Shown: positions 41,731-55,983, numbered from the stretch's first letter. The stretch: DNA of 64,000 bases from Eledone cirrhosa (GCA_964016885.1 OZ024743.1:187550001-187614000); one strand, 5' to 3'. A program made the numbers and translations. The notes: generated by a model from the letters alone, not told the origin.

Positions 41731-43511
41731 TTTATTGGGTATATAACCATCTAATATTAGTAATAGTAATCTGCAATTTTAATTGGGTACACAATCCTTT
41801 AGTATTTGTAATAGCAATTTGTATTTGTAATTTGGTACACAATCAGCTAATATTTGTAATAGTATATTATAATTTAATCCCGCCGAGGTTGACTTTGTCT
41901 TTCATCCTTACGGGGTCGATAAAATAAAGTACCAGTAATGCACTGGGTAATTGCTGGCCTTGTGCCTAAAGTAGAAACAAGTATATTATAATTTAATACC
42001 TCATCTTTATAGACACTTCTCTTCTCTTTAGTTTAAGTTATTTATATTCTTCTCATCACTCTTAATGTAATTTTACTGCACAAGTTATGAATTTGCTGAT
42101 TCCAGTGTTTTTTAAATTCATTTCTTAATGCCATAGTTCATTTTGTTTTAGATTCTGATTATTTCTATACGTTTTTCAAATAATATTAATGTTTACTAAT
42201 GAAAAAAGAAAAAAGACACATCCAGATGTGACTTGTACTCTAATCACTTTTGGCTTGACATAGATTAAGTTTATGGGTGGGAAAGATTTGAGAATGTTAG
42301 CTTTGAGAGAAAAAATACTTTTTTTTTGTTTCACATAGTCTGAATTAAAAGTTTGGATAAAGTTTCTGCTACTTTCTTGATTAAATTTATTTTCTCATCA
42401 TATTTTCAACAGTGCATAAATGCTGTTAAAAGATTTGTATTAAGCAATTTTTATGCAAAACTATTTTCATTTAACGAAAATGTATTTATTGACAATAAAG
42501 TAATGCTTTTAAAAATCGTCAATAACTTCATTTATTTAATGGATCTTTTTCTTTTATAACAAGGAGAAATATGTTTTGTTGAAATAAACTTAATAAATAA
42601 ATAAATAAAATAATTGTCACGTTTTTACTTTAAAATTTCCAGTATTAATATTGACAAAACTAATATGGTTTATCACAATCAAAACAAAAGATATAATGTT
42701 TATTGGCCAGTTCACGATTGTATGAATGGGATTATACTTAACAAACGACTATCAATTTGACATTCAACAAAATTCTATATTACAAAAAAGACCAACAATG
42801 TTTTAACATAATCATTAGAAATCATAGAGAGTACTAATACTAATGCTGAGTTTTGGCATGTGTTAGTTCAGTAAGAAATAAGAATTCTAAGTACGCTATG
42901 GTCTTATGAGAAGAAATATGAAATAATACTGACCAAAATATAGTTTCTCACATAACACAATAACACACTTTAATGTTATTGTTCTCAGTATAATATTCAT
43001 TCAAAATCTGTGTTTCTTTATATTCTTTATATTTGTTACTGAATTATGGGTAAAGTCATTATTTAACATTTCATTTCCTAAGTTAAGCTCGTTTATTACA
43101 TTCCCTGACACACAATTATCTATATCCTAGCATGATGCATCTAGTTATTTTATTGATTAGCTCCTTGCCACGGGTTTGAAACTGCTCCGAAATATTTGGT
43201 TACTGAAGCAACACTAATGATTTTGTTATTAGTGTGTTTAGGATAAGTAAAAAAAAATAAATAAAAGTGTCAAAACCAATTACACAATATTCAATAGGAC
43301 ATTTTAAATTCTGCACTGCAAGCTAAAGAAGAATAAACTACATACTACTTATGTTGCTTACAGAAGTGAATTCTCTTTATTCATAGTTCTCTTTTAATGT
43401 TATTTAGAATTGCTTAGAAATTTTGCCTATGGAACAATTACAGCACTGAGGATATTATATGATACAAAACAATAAACATTCAAGTAGTTTACACCTTACC
43501 AGCCAGCTTTG

Positions 43512-43580
<69 letters not shown>

Positions 43581-43599
43581 TATATATATATATATATAT

Positions 43600-44010
43600 T
43601 ATATATATATAACGTTAAAAGAGATAGAAGGCTAAACAATGCAAAATGGATTGTAAGATGAGGTAACGAAAAGTAAAAGTTACCTGGTAATCTTTGTTTT
43701 GTTGTTGTTGTTCATTTATCTGTCGATTATTTCGGGAACTAAAGTCCCATCATCAGGGTTTAAGGAACCTTCAGTGGATAACATTCCAATTTCCTCTCTT
43801 TGGGATTAAATTTTGATTTTAATCCCAAACAAAGGAAATTGGAACATTATCCACCGAAGGTTCCTAAATATTGGACAGATAAAAGAAGAAGAAGAACAAC
43901 AACAACAACAAAACAAAACAAAGATTACCAGGTAACTTTTACTTTTCGTTACCTCATCTTACAGTCCATTTTGCATTGTTTAGCCTTTTATCTCTTTCAA
44001 CGTTATATAT
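43600..44010. repeat. ~410-bp foldback palindrome next to (TA)n, HHR core in one arm only
   Basis: Arms pair around a loop at ~43811-43817; minus-strand CTGATGA-t-ggga..tccc-GAAA at 43730-43756. Confidence 0.85.
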
Positions 44011-44084
44011 TATATACAATGTTTTAAGCCAACTACAACATTTTATTATATATATAGAGATATTTATATATGTATATATATATA

Positions 44085-47000
44085 TTGGTAAACGGAAAAG
44101 AAAATGCTGACAAACTGTTCACAGTGAAAAATAGTTTAATTAGGAATAAGTGAAAATTAGTCATAGTATTGGTTAGTATTCAGTTTTGGTTTTAAGTTTT
44201 ACCGGTTGCGCATTTCTAATGCTTTTCAAAAATAATTTTGAGATAGAACGCCCGTGATGTTTACTCTAATCTGATTAGTTTTGGAAATTCTACCTGTTTT
44301 ATGTGAAAAAAGTGGCTCCAGAAGTATTAAAATAAGTTTCGCGCCAATTTGTGTTGCAAAAATTCTTGTGGTCAAAACAATTTTGATTGGTCGGTAGAGG
44401 TCATGTGAATGTTAAAAATTGATTTTGCGCCAAATGTAGGTTTGTGTCGGTTGATTGAGAAGTCACTGAAAAATAAGTCTTTCAAAACAAATATGTGTGT
44501 GTGTGTAGTAGTAGTAGTAAAGAGGTTCGTTGTTGTGATAATGGTCAGCAGAGACGTGTGTGCGAACCGCAGCCTGTTGACAGTTCAAATGCCTATTAAG
44601 ACAAGTATGTGTGTGTGTGTGTGTGTGTAGCAGAGTAATTCGTGGTAGAGGGATGGTCAGTAGGAATGTGTCTGTAAGTGTGTGGGGATATTTTAACATG
44701 TTAAAAGATATTTTTCAGCTCTTGTCTTATACGGAGAAGTGTGTGTGTGTGTGTGTGTGTGTATATGTCTCTTTGTATGTTAATGTACGCATGTGTATGT
44801 GTGTGTGTATATATGTGTGTGTGTGTGTGTGCATATATGTGTGTGTGTGTGTGTGAGAATGTGTGTGGGTGGGCCAGTATTTTTGTGATACTGGTAAAAT
44901 GGTGTACATTATTCGATATTTTCAGTAAAAACGATTCTCTCAATAGAACATCAAAAACCTTAATAATAAAAGGTGTGAAATGATATATAGTATTGGCATA
45001 ATACCAAGGTGTGTGTGAGTGTCCAGATTGTACGTACTGCAAGGGGAATCCATTCGGCCTTGCCGTATTGGAATACTTGTGTACAAATATGTATGTGCCC
45101 ATCAGTGTGCAATGCATGTGTGCGTTTATGTATGTGTGTGTGTCGGCACGTTTATATCCATAGACATCAAAAGGTATGCAAATTTGTGTATATTTGTGTT
45201 GCACCATAGAACATGTGTGTTTATGTATGTCATTGTGTTTATATGTGGATAGAGATGTATGCTGATGTAGGTATGTATGTTGACGTGTGTATGTTGTGGG
45301 TTCGTCTTAGGGAGAAGTGTTTAGATAGGGTCCGTATTTGTTAATAAAGTGAGATTCCTTGCTGATGCGCTGGGTGTGGGTGGCATTATCTTTAAATTTG
45401 TAGAAGGGAAAGATTCTGAAGTTGGGATGATTTTGGGCGGCACAGGTATCAATGTGTTCACTCAGTGGTATTTTCCTGTATTCCCGTATTTTAATTTGGG
45501 ATCTATGGACAGTCATGCGTTGGCGGAGGCTGTTTTTGGTCTGGCCTATGTATTGTTCTCGACAACCTGAGCAAGTTAATACATATATTAGATTTTCTGA
45601 TGCGCATGTGAAATTGTGTTTTACTATAAAACGTTGTCCTTTTTTGAAATAGAATTCCGAACCCTCTATTAGGTTGATGCATATGCCACAGTTGGGTCTA
45701 TCACATTTTTTACTGTGGGTTTCGTTGTTGTGGTTGGCAGTACTTTGGCATGTGTTAGGATGTTTTCATTGACTTAGATTGTCTTTTGCTCTTTATGATA
45801 TCGTGTGTTCGTAGGATTTGGTTCATTCTATGGTCCTTTTTCAACACAGGGATGTTCTGGAGGATGGTGTCAAAGGCCTCATTGTTGAGGGGGTTGTGTG
45901 TGGAGAAGTATGGAAGAGCTTTTAGTTTCGGTTGATTTACTTTAGGGTGTCTCAGGTCCTGGGTACTAAGTTTTAGGGCACGTTGAATTCCATTGTCAAT
46001 TAGTGATGCAGGGTAGTCCCTGCCTATGAGTGTGTCCTTTAGTTCTTGTAGCCGTAAGTAGCAGGTGTTTTTATTGGAGATTATAGTACAGATTCTCTTG
46101 GCTAAGTTGTAGGTAATATTAATTTTAACGTGTCTAGGGTGACAAGAGTTGAAAGGAAGATATTGCTTGGAGTCTGTGGGCTTGTAGTATGTCTGTTTCT
46201 ATTTTTTTGTTATGGATCTTAATGAGAATGTTGAGGAAGGGGAGTTGTTGATGGCTGTATTCCATCGTGAAGTTAATATTTGTGTTGAGCCCATTTATAA
46301 GGGTGTGAAATTTTTTAAGTTTCTCGATGTTTTCGTGCCAAAGGATGAAGCAGTCATCTAGATATCGCTTCCAGTTCCTTTCTATGTGTAAGTGGAGAGT
46401 GTTTCCAAATTTGTTTAGGACTTTAGTGTAGAGGGGGATTTCCAGGTATCCCATGACTAGGTTGGCATAAGTGGAGGCTGTCTTCGTTCTCATAGCGGTC
46501 CCAGATTTCTGCCTGTAGGGTTTGTTATTGAAAACGAAGTAATTGTTCTCCAAGATAAATTTGAGTCCCTCTATCACGAATTCTTTTTTGATGCGTTGTG
46601 GGAGTTCATTGTGGTAATTATCCAGCCAGAATTGGATAGCTTCTATTCCTAGGTGGTGGTGGGATGGAGTATAGGTTGACTCTATCGAACGTCACTAGTA
46701 AGGTTTGTTCAGAAAGGGGCATATTAGGGACGTGATTAAGCATATCTAGGTCGTCCCTTATATAGCTTTTGATGTGTTTGAGAAAAGGCTTGAGAAGCGT
46801 ATCAATGAAGTTGCTAAGGCGGTGGGTTTCGCAAGAGGGGCCTGCTATTATAGGTCTTAATTTGAGATCATTGGGTGAGGGGACATTGATGACTATGTCT
46901 GCGGCTTCCTTGCATGCCTTACTTATTAATTCACTTTTATGTACTTTAGGGATACCGTAGAAAAGGCTGGATTAACTTGTGAAGTCTGGGATGAAGCTGA

Positions 47001-48529
47001 ATTCCTTGTTAGTGAGTCCTTCTTTGTATTGGTTGATCAGAGTTTTTAGGTTTCTCATAATTTTCTGTTGATTGTAGTGTTCAGCCTTTTCGTAGTATGT
47101 TTCGTTTTCCAAAGTGGAGAGCGCTAAGTTGATATAGAATTCTGTCTCCATTAGGACTACTGTACTCCCTTTATCAGCCTCTTTAATTGTAATGGTTCTG
47201 TCGGTTTTTAATCTATTTAATTCTTCCCATTCTTTCTTGTTGAGGTTTGGCTTGTGTTTTTGTCTGTGCAAGTGTTGGTAAGGGAAGTTTGTGATGTGTT
47301 CACAGAATTCGTCCAGGATTTTATTTCTACCTTTTGATGGGCTGTAATTGCTTCTATTTCTGGCTAATGATTCATCCTCATTGTACTGGTCGAATAGTTC
47401 TTCACTGAGTCGTAACTTTCTACAGAAGTCTGTGATGTCTTCCTTCATTTCATAGTAGTTAGGATAGTAGTTAGGACGTAGTGGGGTCGGTGTGAATTTA
47501 AGACCTTTGGAGAGTAAGTTGATAAGGTTGGGTGTTGGTTCTGCACTAGTTAGATTGTTAATTTTTATTACTCTCGGTTTCTCCTCCCTGTCTTGTGTTA
47601 TTTTGTTTGCCTGTATCTTGGTGCTGTGTATAAAAAATGGTTGGGGTAGAGGGGTTGTCTGCTGATGTTAAGTGGTCTCCTGTGTTTGTTATATTCCTTG
47701 TTGTTGTAAAATGTGGTTCGGGTTCGTGGTTGTAGATTGAATGGGGTCTTCCTGTATTGCGAGTATGGATGTGTGTTTCTATGTGCCATGTTGGATTGTG
47801 GTGTTATAGGTGGCCTACGTTGTTGGTTGTATCGTGTGGTGTGGGTTTGTTGTGTATTGTGGAAGTGAGAGTTGAGAAAATGGAAATTACCTTGCTGTCC
47901 CCTTGAAGCGGGGAAGTTGTTACATCTATCATGGGGGTGGTATCTTTTCCCTATGTTTGACGATGATGCATCCGCGTAGTAGTTGAGTGATTTGGTATGG
48001 TGTCTCCTTGAAGGGGGAAAGTTGTAAATGTCATTCTGGGGGAGATGATTTCTAGGGTTTGTGTTCCTTCTTATGGGAGCGAGGTTGGGAAGTTCATCTT
48101 CAGTGTGGTGCTTCCTTCTTCGTTTGTTAGTGACTGGGGGGTTTGCGAAGTTGTTGTGCGGTTCGGTTATGGGTTTTCTTATTTTTATGAACGGGTTATT
48201 GGAGGTGTAATCCGTTTGAAAAGTCGATTCATAGTGTAGGAACCAAGCGGCACTTTTTTCCCAGCGTTGAAGGGATTTCAGTTCTTCTCTGTTGCAGTCC
48301 CCTTTCCATAATTTAGAGATCTTCTCTACCTTGGGGCCTTCAGTTTTACTGTTGATTTCCAGGAGGATCTCTTCACCGATGGTTTTAATTTTTTCCTCAT
48401 TTGTCTGGGCCCTCAATTTAAGAAGTTCAATTTCTGTCTTCATTTTTTCTAATGCCATTCTTTCCCTAAGGTGTCTTTAAGGTTCGGGTTCATTTGGAAT
48501 GGACTTTATTTGTATTTTACGGGGGAGAG

Positions 48530-48530
<1 letters not shown>
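44085..48530 (-). mobile_element. Neptune-like Penelope retroelement, degraded (N-terminal extension, RT, Cys linker, GIY-YIG, ~1.2-kb 3' region)
   Basis: IKEADKGSTVV, FYGIPKVHK, RPIIAGP, YRQKSGTAM, WKRYLDDCFILW; linker CDRPNCGIC; GIY-YIG ending at 45307; frameshifted; (TA)n on both sides. Confidence 0.92.
44196..44232 (-). ncRNA. Minimal hammerhead-like motif (U3-A8, GCAA variant)
   Basis: TTGAAAA-gcatt ag aaatgc-GCAA-ccgg-TA-aaa; homologue of 24103-24140. Confidence 0.55.
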
Positions 48531-48589
<59 letters not shown>

Positions 48590-48591
<2 letters not shown>

Positions 48592-49592
48592 GTAGAACAC
48601 TGGAAGGTAATATCCGTAGTAGTAGACCACTCAGTCCATAGGACGAGTTAGGTAGAAGTGGTTACACAACAGTTAGTTCACCATACCGAGATCAATTGTT
48701 TCATCTTAGCGGAACCTCAGCTCGTAATGGACATGGTTATACGGAACAGGAAGGAGAACCGTAAGAATGCGCAAGCGCAGAAACGATCACTTCACACAAG
48801 CAATACTAAATTGCGTGCGATTGCAAAAGTCCGAAAGTTTCTGGTTTATAAGAAAATTAGGATGTTGTTGTAATTCAATCCGGAGCTTTGTAGTTATGTA
48901 AAAGGTTTTCTAGACGTGTGGACAACGTGTGAAGAATTCATTTCTCGTGTTTCGGCAATCATTATTGCGTAATCTCTTTAGAATATTTATTCGTTCATCA
49001 ATACATAGTCCACACGACGGATTGCCCCTTGGGTATGACGCAGGGCCGATTTAAGGAAAGCTTCCTGAACCACCAATCGACCTTTATGTACCCGGACAGA
49101 CGTTCATCCACGAAACTCGCGAGCCACATATGGTCCCTCAAGGACTCATGTATAGACTACTCTATTCAATGGAAAGCCATCAATAATTCCAAGTCATACG
49201 CAAGGGGCAATCCGTCGTGTGGACATGTATTGGTGAACGAATAAATATTCTAAAGAGATTACGCAATAGTGATTGCCTAAACACGAGAAATGAATTCTTC
49301 ACACGTTGTCCACACGTCTGGAAACACCTCTTACATAACTACAAAGCTCCAGATTGAATTACAACATCCTAATTTTCTTATCAACCAGAAACTTTCGGAC
49401 TTTCGCAGTATTCTCCCTTACACCTCTCGCACGCAATTTAGTATTGCCTGTGTGAAGTGATCGTTTCTGCGCATGCGCGTTCATATGATTCTACTTCCTG
49501 TTCCATATAACCATGTCCATTATGAGCTGAGGATCCGCTAAGGTGAAACAATTGTTCTCGGTATGGTGAACTAACTGTTGTGTAACCACTTC
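48590..49592 (+). mobile_element. Nematis-like Penelope 3' end with inverted terminal repeat (palindromic insertion)
   Basis: 48655-49031 is the reverse complement of 49200-49592; centre encodes GMTQGRFK..NHQSTF..STKLASHIWSLK..IQWK..CGLCIDE..LNTRNE..RCPH, stop at 49357. Confidence 0.9.
49517..49566 (+). ncRNA. Minimal type I hammerhead with palindromic stem III
   Basis: ccattatgag-CTGAGGA-tcc gctaa ggt-GAAA-caattg-TT-ctcggtatgg; stem II is weak; mutated antisense copy at ~48681-48730. Confidence 0.7.
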
Positions 49593-49694
<102 letters not shown>

Positions 49695-49751
49695 GGTCTT
49701 ACTTGTTCCTATTATCCACACTACTACCCTAAGTATGGGGTCTTACTTGTT

Positions 49752-49798
<47 letters not shown>

Positions 49799-50236
49799 GC
49801 ATGTGTGTGTGTATTTATGTGAAAGCCTATGAAATGTAGTTATTTGAAAATCTCCTGATTCACATATAAAATCTTGATTCAGTACAATAAACTTCAAACA
49901 ACTTATTGTTTTATCAAAATATTTTTGTGTATGTATATGTATTGTATGTATGTATGTTCTGCTTTTATTATTTTATAAATTTCAAATTCTGCTGAGGTTA
50001 GCTTTTCCTTTCATCCTTACAGGGTTGATAAAATAAAGTACCAGTAATGCACAAGGGTCGATTTAATTGACTTCCCCTCCTCCAAATTGCTGGCCTTGTG
50101 CCTAAATCAGAAACTATTATTATGTTCATCATCATTATTATTATTTATCTTTTACCCTTTACTTGTTTAGTTCCTTGTTTTTATTTTTTATTTTTTGGTT
50201 TTATTTTTAATTTTATTATTTCTTTTACTTTTTAAG

Positions 50237-50430
50237 GAGGTGGATTGGCAGTATCGGTAGAGGGTCGGACGCCATGCTTTGACGCATAGAGTTACGGCCC
50301 TTGCCATTCTGAGTTCAAATCCCGCCGAGGTTAACTTTGCTTTTCATCCTTACGGGGTCGATAAAATAAAGTACCAGTAATGCACTGGGTAATTGCTGGC
50401 CTTGTGCCAAAAGTAGAAATAATTATTTCT
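50237..50430 (+). mobile_element. SINE family B, full length
   Basis: A-box-like TGGCAGTATCGG, B box GAGTTCAAATCC, conserved core, AT-rich tail. Confidence 0.88.
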
Positions 50431-53400
50431 TTTACTTTTTTAATTTTTGTTGTTTTTACTTACTTATTTATCTATTTTCTTTAAATGTTCTTTAAATGTA
50501 AATCTACTGTTACTCATTCACCTACTCCTTCTGCCGGATTTTCTCAACTATAATGATTAGCTATTGTTATAGTCATTCACTTTGGGAGAACATTTGAAAT
50601 TTAAAATGTTCCTCATTCTTTTTAAGTTATCCAATTGTTAACACTTCTAGCAACAGGCTTAGAATCTCCTAAAATGATGGAATTAATGGTCAGCTTCTCT
50701 TTAGGGTAGTGGTTAATGCACTAGTCCAACAAGCAGAAGATGTAGGGTTCGATTCCAGATACACCTCTGACCCCATTTCTTCATCTCCATTATCTTAATA
50801 TATCAGTGTGTGTGTGTGTGTGTGTGTGTGTGCATTAGTGTGTGCATGCATATATAAGAAGTGTATGTTTAGATTATCATCATCATCAATTTTACATCCA
50901 TTTTCCATGTTTGTATAGGTTAGATAAGTCTTTTTCAGCACAGCATCTCTTCACTCACCTCGTTTCTTCGATGTCTCCTCTGTCAGTCTCAGCAATTTTC
51001 CCAGGTCTCTCTTGGTCATCATCTATTGCGGCATTTCCTGGTACTTTTTCATCTAGCGATCATCATTCATACACATCACATGTCCGTACCAATGCAGTCT
51101 TCTTTCCTGCAAACTACCTCGGATTCCCTTTAAACCCAGATATATGGAATAACTTACAGAAATGATTCTTAATAATGTGAAAATCCCTTTTAGTTGGAAA
51201 ACAAAACAAAATAATGACATTTTTGAGACTCAGATAAAAGGAGTGGCAATGTTAATAATTTAAGAATTGAATGAAAGATATCCTCATGCTAAAATAATAT
51301 TTGGTCTTTGTTGGCTGTGATTACTGTATGTTTTATATTCATTTTATTTTCCATTATGTCACATAAACTTAAAATGTACCCAGAGCCCCATAATTCACTG
51401 GATCATAGGGAAACATTTGGAAGCTTAATGTTCATGTGGTTTACTTGATATGTATCAAATTTTTAGTTATTATCTGTGTTCAAGCACTACTCATAGGAAA
51501 ATTTTAAGTTGGCAGTTCAAGTTATTCAAACACTCTTTAATTTTACAGTGTTACTTTACTCATTTAAATCTAGTTGGATTAGACTATTTGATTTAAGTGT
51601 TCTGGTCCTATATTCTGGTGATAAAGTAAGGATTATCAGATGGTTTTCTTGTATGTTATCAATGTCCTATCAATGTACCAAATCCTGCCGAGGTTAATTT
51701 TGCCTCTCATCCTTATGGGGTCGATAAAATAAAGTACCAGTAATACACTGGTGAATTGCTGGCCTTGTGCCAAAAGTAGAAACAATTATTATTCTCTGTT
51801 TGTGTTCAAATAATCTGATGTGAGAACAAGAGCCTGTTTTATCAGCAGAGGTAAATTTAGATAAAGATGATACTTGGGAAAATCAGATTATATTTTCCTG
51901 AAATATAAAGGCCAAAAAAAAAAAAAAAAAAAAAAATCCTTGTAGAATAATATTAGCTATTGAAACAATAACAATAACAACAACAATAATGGCAATGATT
52001 ATGATTATGATGATCATCATCATGATAATGATAATAATAATAACTATAATAATAATAATGATAATAATAATAATAATGATGATGATGTTGATGATGATTT
52101 CTTTAATTATATAGAACAACAACAACAATATCAAAAACCAATAATGAAATAGAATACACGAAGTAATTACAGATTATGTGGAGGTTGTGAAGAAACAATC
52201 AATCACATTTTTTTCTGTCAGCCCAGTTTTCACCAAGAGGAAGTATATTGCCATGCAGCTTCTCTATTTCTATGGAATTTTCAAACACTGAAAACTATGC
52301 CAGCATTATAAAATACTCATAGAAAAGAGATGTACAAACAAATATCACAAATGGTCTCAGAGAATGGCAAAGTGATATTACTCTGAGACACTGGAATGTT
52401 CCAGAATATTCATCATACAATGTATTCATACAGAGCGGGAGACAAAGACAAATCATTCAGAAACCATTGGGAAAAGATATATCTCCTAATCGATTTTCCA
52501 ATTCAAATGGATGGCAATATCTTGATAAAAGAAATGGAGGAACCATCCAAATATAAATATCTGGAAGTAGAGATATCAAGAATGCAGGTATTTAAAAGTA
52601 CAAATAATTTCCAAAATAATTGGTACCATAGAAATTTTAAAGATACATATAATAATATAAAGATATATAATACAAAATAATGAATTAAAAAATACCAAGA
52701 CTTACAGAAAATAACACTAGTAGATGATGTACACAAATTACATACAGTACATTCAATATATTAGGAAACAAGAAACCAAATCATTTTCTGTATCAATTTA
52801 AGTAGTAAATGATTTTTCACTGAAATAAATCATAACCCTCATTATTATTCCTAAATCTGTTCAACATCTATTAAACTATATTTAACAGACAAGGTCTAAT
52901 AAGGTCTAATAAGACTGAAACATGGCGATGGGTTTTATTGTATTAAGATTCATATCAGATTCATTATTCTCAGTAAGTTTTTTTATTCAAATCTGATTTC
53001 AGAGTTGTCTCCCTTACACTTCTTGACAATATTTATTAAAGGTAAACTGTTCTTTTCAAAATTTTGTTAGTCCCCACTTAACTATATGGAATGGGCATTA
53101 TCTAGTACAATATCAGTGGTTGAATTTGGGATGTTTGAAAGATAAATGTTTAAAAAGATGACAACATGAATGATTTACTCATTTCTTTTAACATAGATAT
53201 ATTATTCTAAAGGCTCTTTAAGAAATACTCCATTATTATGTATAAATACTGCCATCATTTTGGTGGCATTTCTAAAGGAACAACAATTATTCTGTGGAAA
53301 TAATAAAAATGCCATAATGATATTGAAGAACTTGAAAATAAAGCTAAATACATTTCATCTCCTTAGATATGTATTTTGAATGGCTGTTTAACTCTGTTCA

Positions 53401-53595
53401 ATACAACTGTAATTGAAGCCAATGATTGACATATGTTCTCCATGAAAGGATATCTTAATTTCCCAAATGGAATGATAGATGAGTTTCAGGAAATTAAACG
53501 CAGTTACACTACAACTGGATGCCTTGTTCAGACATGGCATATCTCATTTGTTGTGAATTTATGAATATGTGTATGTGTAATATTGTGTGTATGCA

Positions 53596-53718
<123 letters not shown>

Positions 53719-53749
53719 GTATATATATATGTATGTATATACGTGAAGT

Positions 53750-54060
53750 CACCTGGTTTTGTGGCTCTGTGTTTAGGGAATTCAACTGATCATAAGGTTG
53801 TGAGTTTGATATCCGGCAGTGCACTGTGTCCTTGAATAAAACGCTATATTTCATGTTGCTTCAGTCCACTCAGCTGGCAAAAATGAGTTCTACGTGCAAT
53901 TCGAAGGGCCAGCCTTGTCACATTCTGTGTCACACTGAATTTCCCTGAGAACTACATTTAAGAGAATGCATGTTTGTGGAATGCTCAGCCACTTGCAGTC
54001 TGTTCCGTTGATCGTATCAACAGGAACACTTGTCATTACAACCGATGGAGTACAACTACC
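53750..54060 (+). mobile_element. SINE family C (family-A-like head and core, different tail)
   Basis: gtgagtttgat..gtgtccttgaataaaacgctatatttcatgttgcttcagtccactcagctg then a distinct tail; older copy at ~2750-2920. Confidence 0.7.
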
Positions 54061-54797
54061 ACTACTATACTATATATGTATATACATCATCATTGTTTAA
54101 CGTCCAGCATTGCTCCTTTATACATGGCTTGCATGGCTCTCACAAATCCTATATACCACGATCATTACGGTTTAATGGCTATTTTTAATGTCTATTTTTC
54201 ATGCTTGAATGGGTTAGATAGGTTGTAGCATTATGAGATAATCAGGTCCAGAGACCACATCATGCTCATACAGATCTGTACTTTGGCTTTGTTGCTACAG
54301 CTGGATGTTCTTCTTAACACCAAACATGTTACAATATGGACTGGGTGCTTTTTATCTTAGCACCAAAATTACTACTTTACAGTGTGAACTGGGTACTTTT
54401 TGTACACAACCAACATACATAAAAGATTGGGTGCCTTTTGTCATGTCAACAACACAACCAGCTTACAAGGTGAGCACCTTATAGTGTGAACTGGCCACTT
54501 GTGTCACCAGCATGACCCCTTTACAGTGTGGACTGGGTGATTTTGCTGTTATGGCACTGGATCAGCATATATATATATATATAGTAATAATAAAGACTAA
54601 AATCCGAAGGGGGTTCGATGAGGATTATATATATATATAATTTTAGAAGTTCTCATTAATGGTGAAAGCAGCGATTCTTTGCTTAAACTTTAATCTGTTC
54701 TTCTAATCATTTTCATCATCATCATTTCATTTTACGTCCACTTTTCCCTGCTTGCAAAGGTGGGACGGGAATGCTCTAACCACTAAGCCATGTGCCT

Positions 54798-54886
<89 letters not shown>

Positions 54887-54971
54887 CATATATATTATAT
54901 TATATATACTATATATATATATACATACATATATATTATATATATGTATGTATATATATATATATATATAT

Positions 54972-55114
54972 ATAGAAGTAGCTCCACAATAGTTAGTTCA
55001 CCATATCGAGGACATTTCTTCTCTGTATGGTGAACTAACTGTTGTGGAACTACTTCTACCAAACTCGTCCCATGGACTGAGTGCTCTACTACTAACCCAC
55101 CAGTATTCTACTAT

Positions 55115-55115
<1 letters not shown>
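54972..55115. repeat. Mini-palindrome of the Nematis-like terminal repeat
   Basis: tagaagtagctccacaatagttagttcaccata / tatggtgaactaactgttgtggaactacttcta; same family as 48590-48690. Confidence 0.8.
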
Positions 55116-55145
<30 letters not shown>

Positions 55146-55329
55146 GTGTGTGTATATATATACATATATATATATATATATCAATATATCATCATCATCA
55201 TCACCATCATCATCATCGTTTAATGTCTATCTTCAACGCTGGCATGGGTTAGACGGGAATTGTTCCACTTGAGGCTCGATTGGTCGAGCCCGTGTCTCGC
55301 TCATATATATATATATATATATATATATA

Positions 55330-55745
55330 ACACAACTAAAAGACATATGTTTATATATATAGAGAAAGTGCCATATATCATAAAAGTAACATGTTATATT
55401 GTATATATACCAAATACATATTCTATAGAAGAGTAGAGTATGTACACAGGTGGAATTGTAAGTGAAACCCTACTTGATTTATTTACGATTTTCATTCTAT
55501 ATTTCCCTTAGAATGTTGGGACTAAACCTTTGATGAGTACCTGAGTCTCATGTGGTTTAATCAGAATTGATAGTGTGTTTTTGATTTTTAGCCACATTTT
55601 CTATAAGGTTTCATTTACGAATCCACCTGTGTACATATTCTTCTATAGAATATGTATTTGGTATATATATATATATAATATACCATGTTTCTTTTAAGAG
55701 ATATGGCTCTTTCTCTATAAACATATATTTTTTAATTTGGTTATT
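55330..55745. repeat. Foldback inverted repeat next to (TA)n
   Basis: 55330-55470 is the reverse complement of 55605-55745. Confidence 0.8.
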
Positions 55746-55983
55746 ATGGCTCTAGATAAAGTCTATTGAGCTTATTGAGAAACACAAAATTCTAAACATA
55801 TTTGATATGTTTTGATTCATCATTTGTGTGTATATATATATATATATTAGAAAGTGAGGTTTTTTTTACAAAATGAAAAATAACGAGTTGTCCTACACGA
55901 GTGAAAGTATAAAGAAAAAAAGATGAAATCGAAAATGCAACTGGAGTCTTATTTTAAAAAAAATAGATATATTTATTTGGTTC

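Noticed and set aside
50700-50770. tRNA-like A/B boxes as a tRNA gene
   Set aside because: No cloverleaf; more likely a decayed SINE head. The other A/B boxes are also SINE heads
52396-52900. KYKYLEVEI resembling an RT YKYLG motif
   Set aside because: Single short motif, too degraded to call
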